Source: Octopus vulgaris
Taxonomy: Eukaryota
Length of the DNA: 64,000 nt
Direction: 5' to 3'
Assembly: GCA_951406725.2 (NCBI GenBank)
Contig: OX597816.1
Location: 31,372,001 to 31,436,000, forward strand
Part shown: positions 28,387 through 41,988 of the stretch, piece by piece
Layout: each line of letters starts with the position of its first letter
Numbering within the stretch: the stretch's first letter is position 1
Notes under the pieces: generated by a model
Told to the model about the DNA's origin: nothing
The model's input: the letters and a program-made list of their open reading frames with translations, nothing else
The model's database searches: none
Position numbers and translations under genes: made by a program

Positions 28387-30128
28387 TGTATGTATGTATG
28401 TATGTATGTATAACAACAATACTAGTAATAATAATAATAAATCGAAAAAAATATAGTTATTTATTTCTATTTGTTTATTTATCTGTGTATTTATTATGTT
28501 TTCGGTACCCCTCTACCTCATATGTTGTGGTGTGTGCTAGTGTTCCATTCTAGTTTTCTATTCAGGCTAGGTTTATTTTCTATCATGTGTGTAGCTTCTG
28601 TAACTTGTCTAATTGTTGCATCTGTTCTATGTGTGGACAATATTTTAATTTCTATATTGTTGATTGATCCCCCTTGTTCCTGTTCGGCGTGTCGTTACAG
28701 AATCGATGAGTTTTACCTTCCTTGAGTTGTCTCCAATGTACATTTACCCGCTCTCCTATGCTTCTTGCTGTTTCCCCTACGTATGTCGTTGTCTTGTTAC
28801 CGCATCGTCCTGAATTTATGAAAGGTTCGCGAGGCTATATACATAACTATGACCCTACAGCATTGAGTTTTATTTCTCGTAATAAGATCCATGGGTTATA
28901 GCTATATAACATAGCGCACCTCAATATTATTAATGCATATAATTAATATACAGGCTACGTTTGTCTGACCTTACTTCTGACCAGTGATGCCGATAAGTAT
29001 AAGTTTATATGACTAATATTCTGTAATATTTCATTGGATGACGTTATTTATTTTGTTTCCACGATTAGGTGATGACTTTATATTTGCTTCTTCCTCCTTA
29101 TGTATGGCCTTTGTAACTCTTTATAATTCGTTAGAATCCTATAATGCATTTAACCTTTCCTGACAGCTATGCTTTTATGAATTCTTACAAATTCTCGTTA
29201 CATTTTTAATATTCCCCACAATTTCAAAAAAGCATACGAGTGATGTAACCTACCTACTGAACATATATGATTTTAATTAATTAAATTCATTCTCAATAAC
29301 ATAGTAATGTGTTAAAACTAACGTAACGGATTTAATATCTTTCGATTTCTCTTTGGAATATCGTTTCTGTTTTGCAGTTCCAGTTCTTTCTAGCTGTCAT
29401 TTCGTAACTTCATTTAAGCTAAATAGTTGTTCTTTATAAATTTCGATATTTAAGGAAGAAAAATTTATAAATCTATAAATTTATACTTTTATGTTAACGT
29501 TGAATTTTGTTTGAAATCATTTTTTTGGTCTAATATAGACGTGTATTTGCTTCTGCTAATGGCGCCTGCCACAAATGCGTTTATCACATTCTCTGTTTGA
29601 CTTATCCTATTCTGTTTATATGTAACTATTTATCATTTATAATTACCGGTTAGATTACAGCCATCTATCTATATTAAGTATTCTCTTTTACTTTTTCTCC
29701 CACTACATTTTGTTTCTCTTTTCTCTTTGACCTTTCGCAAAATCGTCTCTATTTTCTGTGTTTTCCTCATGTTATTTTTCCTTGAAATGTAATTAGCTGG
29801 ACCTCAATCAAAGCTAGTATGCTATTATTTAATCAATCATTTTTCAGAGCATTTTAATCAAGATGAATCAAGTGAATGAAGAAGCAAATTTGGAATTTAC
29901 TAATCGTATTTCTCCTTAATATATCAAACAATATAATGCGAACTTTTTATTTGTTTTGATAGTACAACATTGGCATGAATCTTACATCATATTTTATTTG
30001 GGTCAAATTTCAAGCTTAGCGTCTGCTGTCTCCTGACAAACAAACCTTGTTCGCCAGTAATAGCCTTTATGAGTGATGCCGCTAAGTTTAATGACAATTT
30101 AAAATTTATAAATGCGCCATTTTAAAGC

Positions 30129-30353
30129 CTAGCCAAGTTCATGGGCCGGTTTCCCGGTTTCAATAACGTATGTGTTCACCAGCTGGACGGGATGCCAGTC
30201 CATCGCAGCGTTACTCATTTCGCTAGCTGAGTGGACTGGAGTAACGTGAAATGAAGTGTTTTGATCAAGAACACAACGCGTCGCCCGGTCCAGGAATCGA
30301 AACCATAATCTTACGATCATGATCCTGACACCCTAACCACTAAGCCACGTGCC
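30129..30353 (-). mobile_element. tRNA-derived SINE (family D)
   Basis: Minus strand has A-box gtggcttagtggttag and B-box gtttcgattcc. Confidence 0.75.
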
Positions 30354-32839
30354 ACAATGACATCTTTAGGGGGGGGGGATATACATTTTAATTATTCTGT
30401 ACTTTACGACCACGTTTTGCTGTTTACTCGTCTAATTAACAGATTGCAGTGCCTCCCACTTTACATGTGTTGGTAAATCTGATTAACAATTTCACTTATT
30501 CGTACCGTGCAGATAAATAAGCATGCCACTATTCCCTTTTTATTTGATAACCTCATTGGCTAGAGAGTTATGTAACGTACTGCTTAAGTATTATTTACCA
30601 AATTACTGGAGTGGCATAAGACAAAGCTGACGTTAGCACATTTAAACTTGTTTCTAAATGTTCTAAGATTATAACTCTTACGAAATAGACATCAATGTTG
30701 TATTCTGAAACCACTGTAGTCTACTAAATATTCCTAACACAGATGCAAATTTGAATATTGGAGCGGGGAGCGAGATCGATTATGCTGAATGTAAACTTCA
30801 TCTCAGCAGGATTTGAAATTACATCAGATAGTATTCTGCTTCTTATTCCCATATTTTGAAATATTTGCAACTCTGATATTTCCCTCGTGAATAATAAAAG
30901 CTCTTAAAATCAAATGCTAATGATAGCAACGATGAGTACAACTGGTATTAAGTGAACAACTGTTTCAAAATATGTACAGGAATGAAATAGTAAAAGATTA
31001 AGGGCAGTTTTGTCGAAGCTTTGGCATTTGTTGAAAGTTTAACTTTTATTGAATATAATGTGTCTGTGTGTTTGTGTACTTCATCTATTATCTCAACACT
31101 GAAAATTATATATCACTTAGCATTGATTTAAAATTCTTGCCATTAAAACTTTAAAAATTTAGAATATATTTTATAGTCGCAAGCATATTTTTTTCATTAG
31201 ATTACTTCTCTTAATTTCTGCAATGTTTCAACTGAAATATTTATTTTTTCCTTGGGTTGTAATTTGAGTTGCAGATAAATTTCGTTGTTAGGCAATAGAA
31301 TGTTTTTAAGAATTTCATGTTTCCTTAATGTTTGTATTATCTCTTGATAATACTGGATTTGGGGAAATCAATTTCGTTAAACATGAATTCTTAATCTCAT
31401 GCTCAAAACATAAATACCAAATTCTCTTCAAATTAAAAGAATATTATAAAACCTGAAGAACTAAACGATTTGATATGCACTTTTCGTTCTTGTCTTTTTC
31501 TTTTTTCTCTTTTTCACTTTCGCGCATTGAAAGCTGAATTGAAATCTCTCATAATGTAAAGAACTTTATCGACGAATAGGCTACTTTGAGAAAGTTCTCC
31601 GAATACATGAAACTTTATAAAAGCGTGCCATTCATCATTACAATAATTTGTGATATCTTGTGTTCGTATAATTTTATTTTTTAAATGCCATACTTAGAAT
31701 ATAATTTTATAAAGCTGCATAAAATTGTTAAACATCTGCAATATTTTTATAACGTTCCAAGAGAAATTGAAGATAATCTTAGAAAAAATAAGATACAAAT
31801 AAAAACGAAGTATGCCTCATTAATTTTTATTAAGCCTTCTTGGGTGCAACACATTGCAAGAATAAATCCCCACATCATGAAATTGTTTGATAATTACAGT
31901 TGTAAAGGCGTGAATATTGCCTATTATAGATGGGCCTTACTAGGTAGGTAGGTCCTTTTATGCCTGTGTGAAATAACCAGTTATAGTGAAATTTAATCCC
32001 ACTTACATGAAATGAATCAATGCTGAAAAAGATATTGAAGTAACATTTACTTTCTGGAGTCCTTTGTTTTGTTCATTACTTTAATTAACAAATCCAATAA
32101 TCCATTCGAATATAATATTCATAGTTAATTAAGGAACAAACAAATGTGGAATTTCAGAAATAAATTTGTCTTGCACCGTACTCATAATGTATGCGAGGAT
32201 ACATGCAATCCTACAACACATTTATCAAATGAGTGTCCACTTTGGCTTCCATAGCACACTGCATTTCTGAAGGTGCTGAAGGAAATCGCTGTGATCTTGA
32301 TCAAATGGGAAATACACCTGTTTAATTCATTCAGATCTCCTCTATGATAAAAGACCTTTCGATGCAGGTATAAGGCATGTTAATACATCGTAGATTCACA
32401 TGACCAGAATGACATGATAATTTTGCTCATGGATAACATCTGTTCGAAGTAATTCCGCAAGTTACCACACAGTGGAATCTGAAATCTGATCTTGTATGAC
32501 TGAATAACACGCATACGGCAAGAGCTATCGTGTTAACGATTGGTTGACTTCTTACGATGAGTTTAAGATAATGTCCTACGTAACTCCTCACAATACGATG
32601 CGTGTGTGTTGTATGCGATTTTAACATCCATTTTAAGTATGTGCATGTGATAAGTATAGAGACTATTAAAAATTGTATTATTTCTCTTCTGATAAACTGA
32701 CGTCTGACTTTTTCAAGGAAGACTTCAAAAGAAGCTAGTAGCAACTTCTTTTTAAACTGGACAAAAGTTGGCAGGAAAAGTTTGTAAATCCCAAGAACAT
32801 TCAAACCAGCATGCTTGTTACGTTAGCGGAAGACTAAAC

Positions 32840-34152
32840 AAATTTATCAACTGTGCAAAATGGGCAGCGTAATTTAGGAGGGGAAGAGTGAGTCTTGAAA
32901 TGACTCAAACTTTGGACGCCCGGCAGCTGCCACCATTGAGTAATTGATTGACTGCTTTCACTACGTAGCTATGGATGACAGGCGATTGACTATAAATATG
33001 AACAACAATGCGATTAGCGTATCACGGGAAAGTGTTCAAGCTATTGTGCATAATAAATTTTGCATGACATAATCTACTGTTCGTTGAGTACCACGTTTTC
33101 TTAAACTTGATCAAAAGTGTACTAGTCCGATCACATCAGGGAAAAATTGACCTTGTTTGAGTCAGATCCAGCTGCTTTTCTTGAACGTTTCCGAATACAG
33201 GGTGAGATAGAAACAAATAGAGAATCAATGCAGTCGAGACACTATTTCTCACCTGCTCCAAAGAAGGCCAAATAAGTTACCTCTGCAAGGAGTGATGATA
33301 ACCTCAGTCATGTGGGATAGAAAAATGAATTCAGTTCCTTGACTATCTGTAAAAAGCGCCACATCGTCATTGGAGAGTACTATACCGATAAACTGAAAGA
33401 GGTACAAAAGGCTATGAAGACCAAACGCCCAGGAAATCTGACGCGCGCGTCATTTTATCAGAGACGTTATCAAGCGCACAGAGACTCGGTTTCAGTGACT
33501 CTTCTGAATGACAGCGGTTTTGGAGTGGTTGATCACGGTCTCTCTTGTCTTCATTTCTCGCCATCTGATTCACCTCTTCTATCCAGCATGAACAAGCACT
33601 TGGTGCGAAGCAATATCTACTGCTGATATCTTTATATATAAAAGTGAGGTTGTGTGCTGTCTGTCTCCTACGAATTAGATTCCTAACTACTCCCACTTTT
33701 TGCGGTGCAGTTTAACCAAAACCGAGTATCTTATAGTCGTGATTCATATCGAGCCCTTATGGGTATTAGCGCGCGTCTACGATGAGTCTATGATTTAAAA
33801 AAAAATTACCATCAATTTTTCCCATTTTTGATGCATTTTTGGCATATATAAGGGAAGTAACTCTCTAAAAATTTATTATTAAATCTCAGAACGTAAAAAG
33901 CTACAGTAACACCCCCCCCCTTTCTGGTTAGCCATATTGAGATGGCTATTATACTTTACATCTCTAAAAATTCTTATATAGTTATTTCCCTTACAAACCC
34001 GAGCAACGCCGGGCGATACTGCTAGTATATATATATATATATATATATATTTTCTTACCGAAAGAATGAAAGATTCTATATAAATGGGTCCAAGCACTGC
34101 AACGTTGATGGAAAAGTTTGTAGACGGTAAGGGTACTATGCTGACAAATAAA
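32840..34152 (+). mobile_element. Decayed mariner transposase interrupted by a Helitron
   Basis: FRRGRVSLE..GRP, DDRRLT, VPRFL, KKAK, EYYTDKLK....KTKRPG and HFSPSD (cf. YSPDLAPSD). The C-terminus (QALQR.WK.FVD.KG.Y) resumes after 34050. Confidence 0.8.
33629..34025 (+). mobile_element. Non-autonomous Helitron
   Basis: 5' TC (a|tctttatatata), subterminal hairpin cccgagcaacgccggg (33998-34013), 3' CTAG|t. Inserted between A and T with no TSD. Confidence 0.88.
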
Positions 34153-34597
34153 CCTCATTTTGTCGCATACGTTGAACGTTAGTCTGAGTGTTTCATTTGA
34201 CACTCTAATAGGACAAAAATACAAATGGCTGGATCATTTTAGCACACCATTTGATACTTTGCAGATCCTAGATGATACATTATTGCGTAGTGCAAAGTAC
34301 AGTGTTCTGATAGCTACAAGAGTTGACGCGTTAACAAATTCTCTGTATTTTGGTGGTGGATAGGAAGAGAACGTCTTAATGAGTTTGACGATTTAGAGAA
34401 GAAATTTTTTTACTTTAATGATATCAAGGATGAGTAAGTACAAATATGTGATAGGGAACACGTTATGAAATATGTTTGTGCGTGTGTATTTTTGCGTGCG
34501 TGAGCGACAGGAAGTGAGACACAGAGAAAGAGAGAGAGAGAGAGTTAATAGTATCAATTGATTGTGATTTTTGTTGATCTTCAGGTAACTTGCACTC

Positions 34598-34817
34598 TCT
34601 CTTTTACTCTTTTACTTGTTTCAGTCATTAGACTGCGGCCATGCTGGAGCACCGCCTTTAATCGAGCAACTCGACCCCGGGACTTATTCTTTTGTAAGCC
34701 CAGTACTTATTCTATCGGTCTCTTTTGCCGAACCGCTAAGTAACGGGGACATAAACACACCAGCATCGGTTGTCAAGCAATGCTAGGGGGACAAACACAG
34801 ACACACAAACACACACA

Positions 34818-34863
<46 letters not shown>

Positions 34864-35028
34864 TACGACGGGCTTCTTTCAGTTTCCATCTACCAAATCC
34901 ACTCACAAGGCTTTGGTCGGCCCGAGGCTATAGTAGAAGACACTTTCCCAAGGTGCCACGCAGTGGGACTGAACCCGGAACCATGTGGTTGGTAAGCAAG
35001 CACGTACCACACAGCCACCCCTGCGCCT
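34598..35028 (-). mobile_element. Full-length composite SINE (family B) with internal (AT)n(GT)n
   Basis: Near-perfect reverse complement of 61045-61469; tRNA-like head and (AAGAGTA)-type tail. Confidence 0.85.
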
Positions 35029-35639
35029 GCCATATTTAATTATCATTATTGTTAACCCGAGACTAGCTATCTAAATGGAACAGACATTTGACTAAAGATA
35101 TTCTACCTATGACTATCATGATGTTTGCGGATAGTATCTTGGATTAATCACTTAATGTTTTCCATAATTTGAATCGTGGTGGCAGTCTTATAAGAAATGG
35201 TAATGTTAATAGAGGAGTGGTTTTCACGGTATTAATGATCATGCTAGCGATACTTCTGGTGGTTGCGTGGTATAGTGTGGTGCTGGTGGTGTTTGTTGTA
35301 AGGGAGGCTATGATACTGGTTTTGAAGGGTAAAGTTGTGGAGGAAATAATAGTGGTATTGACGGTTCTAGTAATGATAATGGTACCTCTATGATTTTTTC
35401 GTTGAGAGGTATGGTAGTGGTGGTGGTATTGGTAACGTTAACCCCATTAAAAAACATCAGCCGTAGTCGTTCCTTAGCGTCGCTGACGATTGTGATGGTA
35501 GGATGCTGAATCTATCCTAGTCAGTAAAGTTGGTAGTGGAATGCACGTCACCGTGGTTAACATGGGTTTTTGTCGTTGGTGATATGGCTACTACATACAG
35601 TCTTGGGCTTCTTAATAGTCTCATATTGGTATTGTTTTA

Positions 35640-35950
35640 GTTTAATTATTGATTTAAATTTTTTCGGCTCAAAAATTAAAAGCAAGTCCATGTAGGGGCA
35701 CAGGGAGTTATGTACAGGGAGGAAGGTCATACAAATAGTTCAGGCCATTTCCTGTGGAGAGAGACTTTGAAGCGAGCGGTCGTCGGTATCTTCACTATCT
35801 CGTCCGGCAGCTTTTTCCACGGATCCGTAACCCGGACGGAGAAAGCCCCCTTTCCTTCGATTGAGATGAAATCGTCGTCGAGAGAGCTTTTCGGAGTGAC
35901 CCCCGCAGCCCACGCTCTGGAGCAGGAGTGAAGAACAGTTGTTGTTGTTA
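35640..35950 (-). mobile_element. CR1-like LINE 3' end
   Basis: GHSEKLSRRRFHLNRRK, then after a frameshift AFSVRVTDPWKKLPDEIV.......FKVSL...W (cf. CR1 RGH..KL...FS.RV...WN.LP). Confidence 0.8.
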
Positions 35951-36751
35951 ACCTCAGTCCACACGATAGAAGTCCTGAAGGCTGATGCTAATAACTGCTC
36001 AGTGCAGATAATCGCGTCATTTTAGTGTTAACTTGAACTAAATTATCCGGTGTCATTTGCTTTTAGGACACTAGCTTATTTTAAAGGGAAGTTGTGTATG
36101 CTAGATTAAATTGGTTATCGCAGATGATTGTTTCAGTTATTATCCTTTCAGAAATTACTATCTGCGCTTTTGTTTTTGTAGCTCTTGTTGGTTCTGCCTT
36201 ATCTTCCTGTTCTAGCCGGACTCGTTGTTCTCATTTCATTTTTATGTTTTACTCCTATTACACATATTTTCTTTCTGCCATCATTACACTTCCTGTTTCC
36301 CATCGTTTGATTATCTTCATTATCTCTAATGGCTCATGTTATTTTAGTTGACATTGTTAAAATTCACCGGCAAAGAATTGAACTTTAGGCGTTATAAAAC
36401 GTTTCCACTTATTTCAATGCCAAAATTGTTTGCAATTTTGAAACTCATTGAAATTCTTTGACATTTAAGAAGCGTTTATCTCGTATAAGTCTCGTATAAG
36501 GATTACAATATACAATATATGTTGGAATACAATATACGTAGGTAGGTAACGTGTGTTGTTAAGGTATTGGGCGTCGAAAGCGTAGGTTATGTAACAGTAC
36601 AATGTTACCGTAAAAGACTCTTGCATGGCATGGGTGATTTCGTTGTATATAATTTTGTATGCTGTATATAAACAATATGTAGGCGCAATTGCCCAGTGGT
36701 TAGGGCAGCGGATTCGCGGTCGTAGTAAATGAAGTAAATAAATATTTAAAA

Positions 36752-37133
36752 CTAGCAGTATCGCCCGGCGTTGCTCGGGTTTGTAAGGGAAATAACTATA
36801 TAAGCATTTTTAGAGATGTAAAGTATATTAGCCATCTCAATTTGGCTAACCACAAAGAGGGGGGTGTTACTGTAGCTTTTTACGTCCTGAGATTTAATAA
36901 TACATTTTTAGAGAGTTACTTCCCTTATATATGCCAAAAATGCATTAAAAATGGGAAAAATTGATGGTAATTTGATTTTTTAATCATAGACTCATTGTCG
37001 ACGCGTGCTAATACCCAGAAGGGCTCGATATGAATCACGACTATAATATACCCGGTTTTGGTTAAACTGCACCGCAAAATGTGGGAGTAGTTAGGAATCT
37101 AAATCGTAGGAGACAGACTTTTATATATAAAGA
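36752..37133 (-). mobile_element. Non-autonomous Helitron, second copy
   Basis: Reverse complement of 33629-34025 with the same TC/hairpin/CTAG ends and a small deletion near the 5' end. Confidence 0.88.
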
Positions 37134-38056
37134 TTAACGTAATCGGTATGAGAAATTCTAATATAAATAAGATGAATCTCAACCCCTAATCTACGTCGCA
37201 TTCTTCTTTGTTAAGTTAGCGCTTACCATTTTGTTTTTGTCCGCTCTTTCGTATTCTTTAGCTACTTGACTTCAGATTTAACTACTTTTTCCATTTGTTA
37301 TCTTTGATTTCCTTCATTTACATATTGCCACAAGTCAGAGTATTCTGTATCACTTAATAAAAATGATAGTATCCCTGCGCATCACATCCCGGATCCACAT
37401 GGTTTCCTTCATTCGTCATAACATCTCATCATTTCTTGAAATATCTAGTTCTTCCTTGCGCTTTATTTTTGGTCCGATATTTAAGCAAATGAAATATACA
37501 TTTATTATAGATTTCTCATCTGATTTCTTACCAGTCATTACAAACCTAAATATTCGAAGTCTCACTTTCATAGACTATCCAACTTCTAACACATGCAGAA
37601 TGCAATGCAATTTCCACTTTGACGACAGAAAAACAAATTTACTGTTACTCGCAAAGGTAAGACACACTGCAATTTACTCACACTTCTCTCACTTTTTACA
37701 CTATTCCGTCGCAACACACATTTCTAGGAACAACGATATCACTTGAGTAACAAAAGATTCTCATAGTAGTAGCTAGCCTTCTATATACACTATTAAACTT
37801 GATTTTAACTCTAACCACAACTATTGTGTGTTTATAGTTTATTTTTTACCGAATTCAAACCAGTTCTGTTTCTAGATATGAGACATGTCTTTCCCTACGG
37901 CATTAAAGACATATTTACATTCCTGCAAAACCTGAATAACTGATTTTATGTGTGTGCATTTCAGATTCCGCATATATAATATCATAACACACACACACAC
38001 ACACATTGATATCTATATATATGTTAATATCTACCTATAAATCCATATATGTGTCT

Positions 38057-38183
<127 letters not shown>

Positions 38184-38829
38184 ATATATATACAGGAGAT
38201 TGAACAGGAGATCGAAAAAAAATTTGTATTATTTCCAATCTCCTGTTTTGATTTTCTTATCTTGCTGAAAGTATTTCTCTGTATATTCAACTGTTACGCA
38301 TACCTAACACAAATTTAACATCATACAGCTTTGCAATATTGGACGAAGCAGATGTATTTCGAGAGGTAACAGCTTATATTTAGCTCTACCTGCATAATAT
38401 ACATATAATATAATATATTTCATTAGATTAGAGTAAAATATCAAAACCAAGGCAGAACATGTATCTCAAGGCATTTAGAATAATTTAATTAGGGTGAGGT
38501 GAATTTGAAGTTTTACATTCTTTTCTGAGATAACCTCAGTGGTTGGTTAGCATTTCCATGAACTGGGTATTCTGTCATCAGAGACTAGGTATTAATAATT
38601 TAGAAGTGAAACTTTTACACTTTACAAGGAATAAAGTTCACAGTTTTTAAGGAATAAAACAGAAGTTTAAAGGTGTAAAATAGAAGAAAAAGAGTAAAAG
38701 TAGTTAGAAAATATAGGCTGGAGAATAACGTTCACATCATCTTTTATAGAGGATATTGATTTTTGACGAACTTCCATGAAGGTACATGTTTTTAGTTAAA
38801 AAACCCCAGGTAAATCCAATGTAAAGCCT

Positions 38830-39090
38830 CGAAAACATTAGTACCAATATTAATGACATACAAAACACCCTCAACAATAGCACTACAACCAGAATTAATC
38901 AATCATAAGTGCCATTCCACTAATAATACCCTTAATTCTAATTTCTCCATAAATAGTACTGCATCCCCATTTTCCTCTAATAATACTCGTAGGACAGGTA
39001 GATGCAACTGCCAATCCGCTAGCGAATGCCCATTGCAAACCCACTACAGAAGATTTAACGTGGTATAAATATGCACATTGCCTAACTCAG
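38830..39090 (+). mobile_element. Penelope-like linker fragment
   Basis: RCNCQSASECPL......NVV(Y)KC resembles the Cys-rich linker preceding PLE GIY-YIG. Confidence 0.6.
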
Positions 39091-39134
39091 CTCTGCACAT
39101 AAGAAATCATTTAAGCATGAGAAGCAGAGCAAAG

Positions 39135-41270
39135 CTACCTCCATAACGAACTATATACACCATCAGATAAATAGAAAGGTACCATAAAGGATATCCTGGG
39201 CGATAATAGCAGTTTCCTACTAGTGCTCTCTATGTAAGATGCTCCACATTTACTGTAGACTACTCTATATATTATACAGGCTCTGGAGCATGTTTTGATG
39301 CCGTTGATGGGGAGATTGGCGAGTCTGAACCCCACGGTTTTCTCTGTGGTATGTTTCCTCGACTGAACCTTCCTGAAGGACGGACTAGTGTGTACCAACT
39401 GTATGTTGAGTCCGTCCCTCCAGATGACATGTTGAAAAGCTGCAGTTGTCCCTTCATCGAAGTAGGGAAGTTATTGAAGCACATTCCCCATTTGGTGTTA
39501 CGGGTTTTCTTATGTTGTTTACCCACTGTCATGCATTGTGGATGCAGTCGTTTAACTACAGATGGCTGGTGACCGTTGTGCGGGAGGTTTTAGAGGAACT
39601 GCCTAGTGTTGGCTTGTCGTTTACTTCATTGAATCTGTCTGTTATACATGTTATCTCATTGTGTATGTGCGACGTTTTGGCTCTGGTAGGCAAATGTATG
39701 AATAGATAGATTCCTACTGAACACATTTCTATAAACATTCGTGTAAAGGTTTTCATCCTCTTTGTTCTTGATTTGGAAATCTAGCAGAGGGTTCCGTACT
39801 CGTCTGGGTGTTAAATCTCGAATTTTGCGTGACTGTTGACGTTGTTGAAATATTATTGATGGCGGTCACTTCTTCCCGAAAGGAGGTGTGCATCAGGATG
39901 TTGTCGACGTACCTTGAGAAGACGATGAATTGGGGACAGGTGTTGAGCGCCGGGCGTTCATGTTGGTCCATGTACGCGATAGCAAGCAGGACTGAGAGGA
40001 CAGCTACCATCATTAGACCGGAGACCTGTTTATATACCTCACCGTAATATTGGAAATAGGCGTTGCTTACTATAATGACTAGTAGTTCATTGGGGAAATG
40101 AACGTTAGAGAAGGAAGGACGAGAGAACTGCGGTGCAATTACGAATGATATAGACAGCCGGAAGAACGGGCACGGAAATATAGAAAGAGATGACGTCTTG
40201 CCTGAAAGGGTACTGGTTATTCCTCAACACGGATGGGCCGATATAATTTAGTTCTTTTAAGAGTTCTTTGGAAATGTCGAGGAGTCTGTGGAAAACATGA
40301 AGGAGAGGTTTGAGGAGTTTCTAGAGAAGCCAACAAATATTGCAAAAGGGTCAGACACGTTTGGACCCAAGTTTGTGGGTTGTCACTAAGAGATAAAAGG
40401 AGGGAATGTGTTTACTCTAAGATGTGAAATTGAGCCTAATCTTCTAGATGTGGTGGATGCGTTTTCATATAGTGTAGCCTCATTGGAATGCAGGATTGCT
40501 AATTTGTCGTAAGTGTACCTATCTATTAAGCAAAATTCCTTCCCATTGAAGATAGGAAGAAAAGGCTTTTAGATTGTAGGTTTTATTAGGTGTGAAAGTG
40601 GGATTTTGTGAGTTTGTGTGGTGGAGCATGTATTTAGGATGTTAAATATAGTTCGTTTAAGTCTAGCTAGTTTACTACTGAGTTCGGGTTTGTTTGGGGG
40701 AAAAGAGGAATGGGTTGTAAAGGTGGTAAGTGGGAAACCTAGAAGTGGAAAGAAGAGGGTAATAGTGGGATGAAAAAGAATGGGGATAAGGAGGAGGAGG
40801 AGGAGGGTAATAGTGAGATGAGAAAGAAAGGGGAGGAGAAGGGGTTGAAAGAGTTGAAGAAGAAGAAGAAGAAGGAGAAAAAAGTACAAGAAGAAGAAGA
40901 AGGAGAAGTACAAGAAGAAGAAGAAGAAGAAGAGAAGAAGAAGAAGAAGAAGAAGAAGAAGAAGAAGAAGAAGAAGAAGAAGAAGAAGAAGAAGAAGAAG
41001 AAGAAGAAGACTGGGGAGAGAACTGGAGGTTGACGATGACGATGGCGATGACGATGGCGATGGTGTAGCAGAGGAGTAAGAAGATGGTTGCTTTAAGGTC
41101 AAAACCCATTCTAATTGGTTAGTTGTCCTGAAAAAGTTATGTCAAATAGAGTTTGTCATTGAGATTTAATGTTAAGATAACATAGGATGCCATCTTAAAA
41201 GTTGGAGTTCCGTTGGTATGAGAGAGAGACAGTCAAGTCTGTGACAGGGGGTCCCTGTAGTAGCAGCAGC
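39135..41270 (-). mobile_element. Penelope-like retroelement, decayed RT plus GIY-YIG with N-terminal region
   Basis: RT: YFQYYGEVYKQVSGLMM..LSVLLAIAYM...FSRYVDNI (YVDD-like). Thumb: IYLFIH......HI.NE..CI. Endonuclease: C....IIYRV..SKCGASYIESTSR.L. Multiple frameshifts. Confidence 0.85.
40855..41010. repeat. (AAG)n microsatellite; (TAG)n/(CAG)n compound at 41257-41480
   Basis: Seen directly in the sequence. Confidence 0.95.
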
Positions 41271-41388
41271 AGCAGCGGCAGAAGTAGTAGTTGTTGTTAT
41301 TAGAGTAGTAGTAGTTGTAGTAGTAGTATTAGTAGTAGTAGTAGTATTAGTAGTAGTAGTAGTAGCAATAGTAGCAGCAGCAGCAGCG

Positions 41389-41428
<40 letters not shown>

Positions 41429-41597
41429 GTGGTGGTGGTGGTAGTGGTAGTAGTAGTAGTAATAGTAGCAGCAGCTGCAGCACTGGTAGCTGTTGGAGTT
41501 GTGAAGGATGATGTGTTCTTCCAATGAGGACTCACGCCATTAGCCACAAAGAATAATCTCTAATTCGATCCTACTCTAAGATACTAAGAATTCTTGT

Positions 41598-41666
41598 GGC
41601 AACCTGAAGATCCACCCACCACACGCGATAGACTGACGGATGCATGGGCGCGAAAGCTACGTTGTT
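41598..41666 (+). ncRNA. Type I hammerhead-like motif beside the PLE 5' end
   Basis: ggcaac-CTGAAGA-tccaccca...tgggcgc-GAAA-gc-TA-c-gttgtt: stem I ggcaac/gttgtt, AGCT palindrome, partly decayed stem II (ccca/tggg). Confidence 0.55.
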
Positions 41667-41699
41667 ATCCTCATTTCGTAAACGCTCGCTTTTAACAGG

Positions 41700-41988
41700 C
41701 GGAGAGTTGAACCATCCTGGGGTACAGAGGATTCACAATTTAGACTAGGATCTGAAAGTTTTCCACACCATAGTGGGTTACACCGTGGTTCCTCTGCAGA
41801 AGTAGGAAGAAAGAGTGAGAGAAAGTTGTGGTGGAAGAGTACACTGGGGATTACCACCACCCCCGCCGGAGCTCGTGGAGCTTAGGTGATTTTGCTCAAT
41901 AAACACTCACAATGCCCGGTCTGGGATTCGAAACCGCATTCTTACGACCACTAGTCTGCTGCCCTAACCACTGGGCCATTGCGCGTCC
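41700..41988 (-). mobile_element. tRNA-derived SINE (family C)
   Basis: Minus strand has tggcccagtggttagggcagc and gtttcgaatcc; homologous to 27628-27806 and the truncated head at 36680-36722. Confidence 0.75.

Noticed and set aside
35169-35393. Hydrophobic 74-aa ORF resembling a membrane peptide
   Set aside because: It arises from GT-rich low-complexity sequence, with no splice or homology support.
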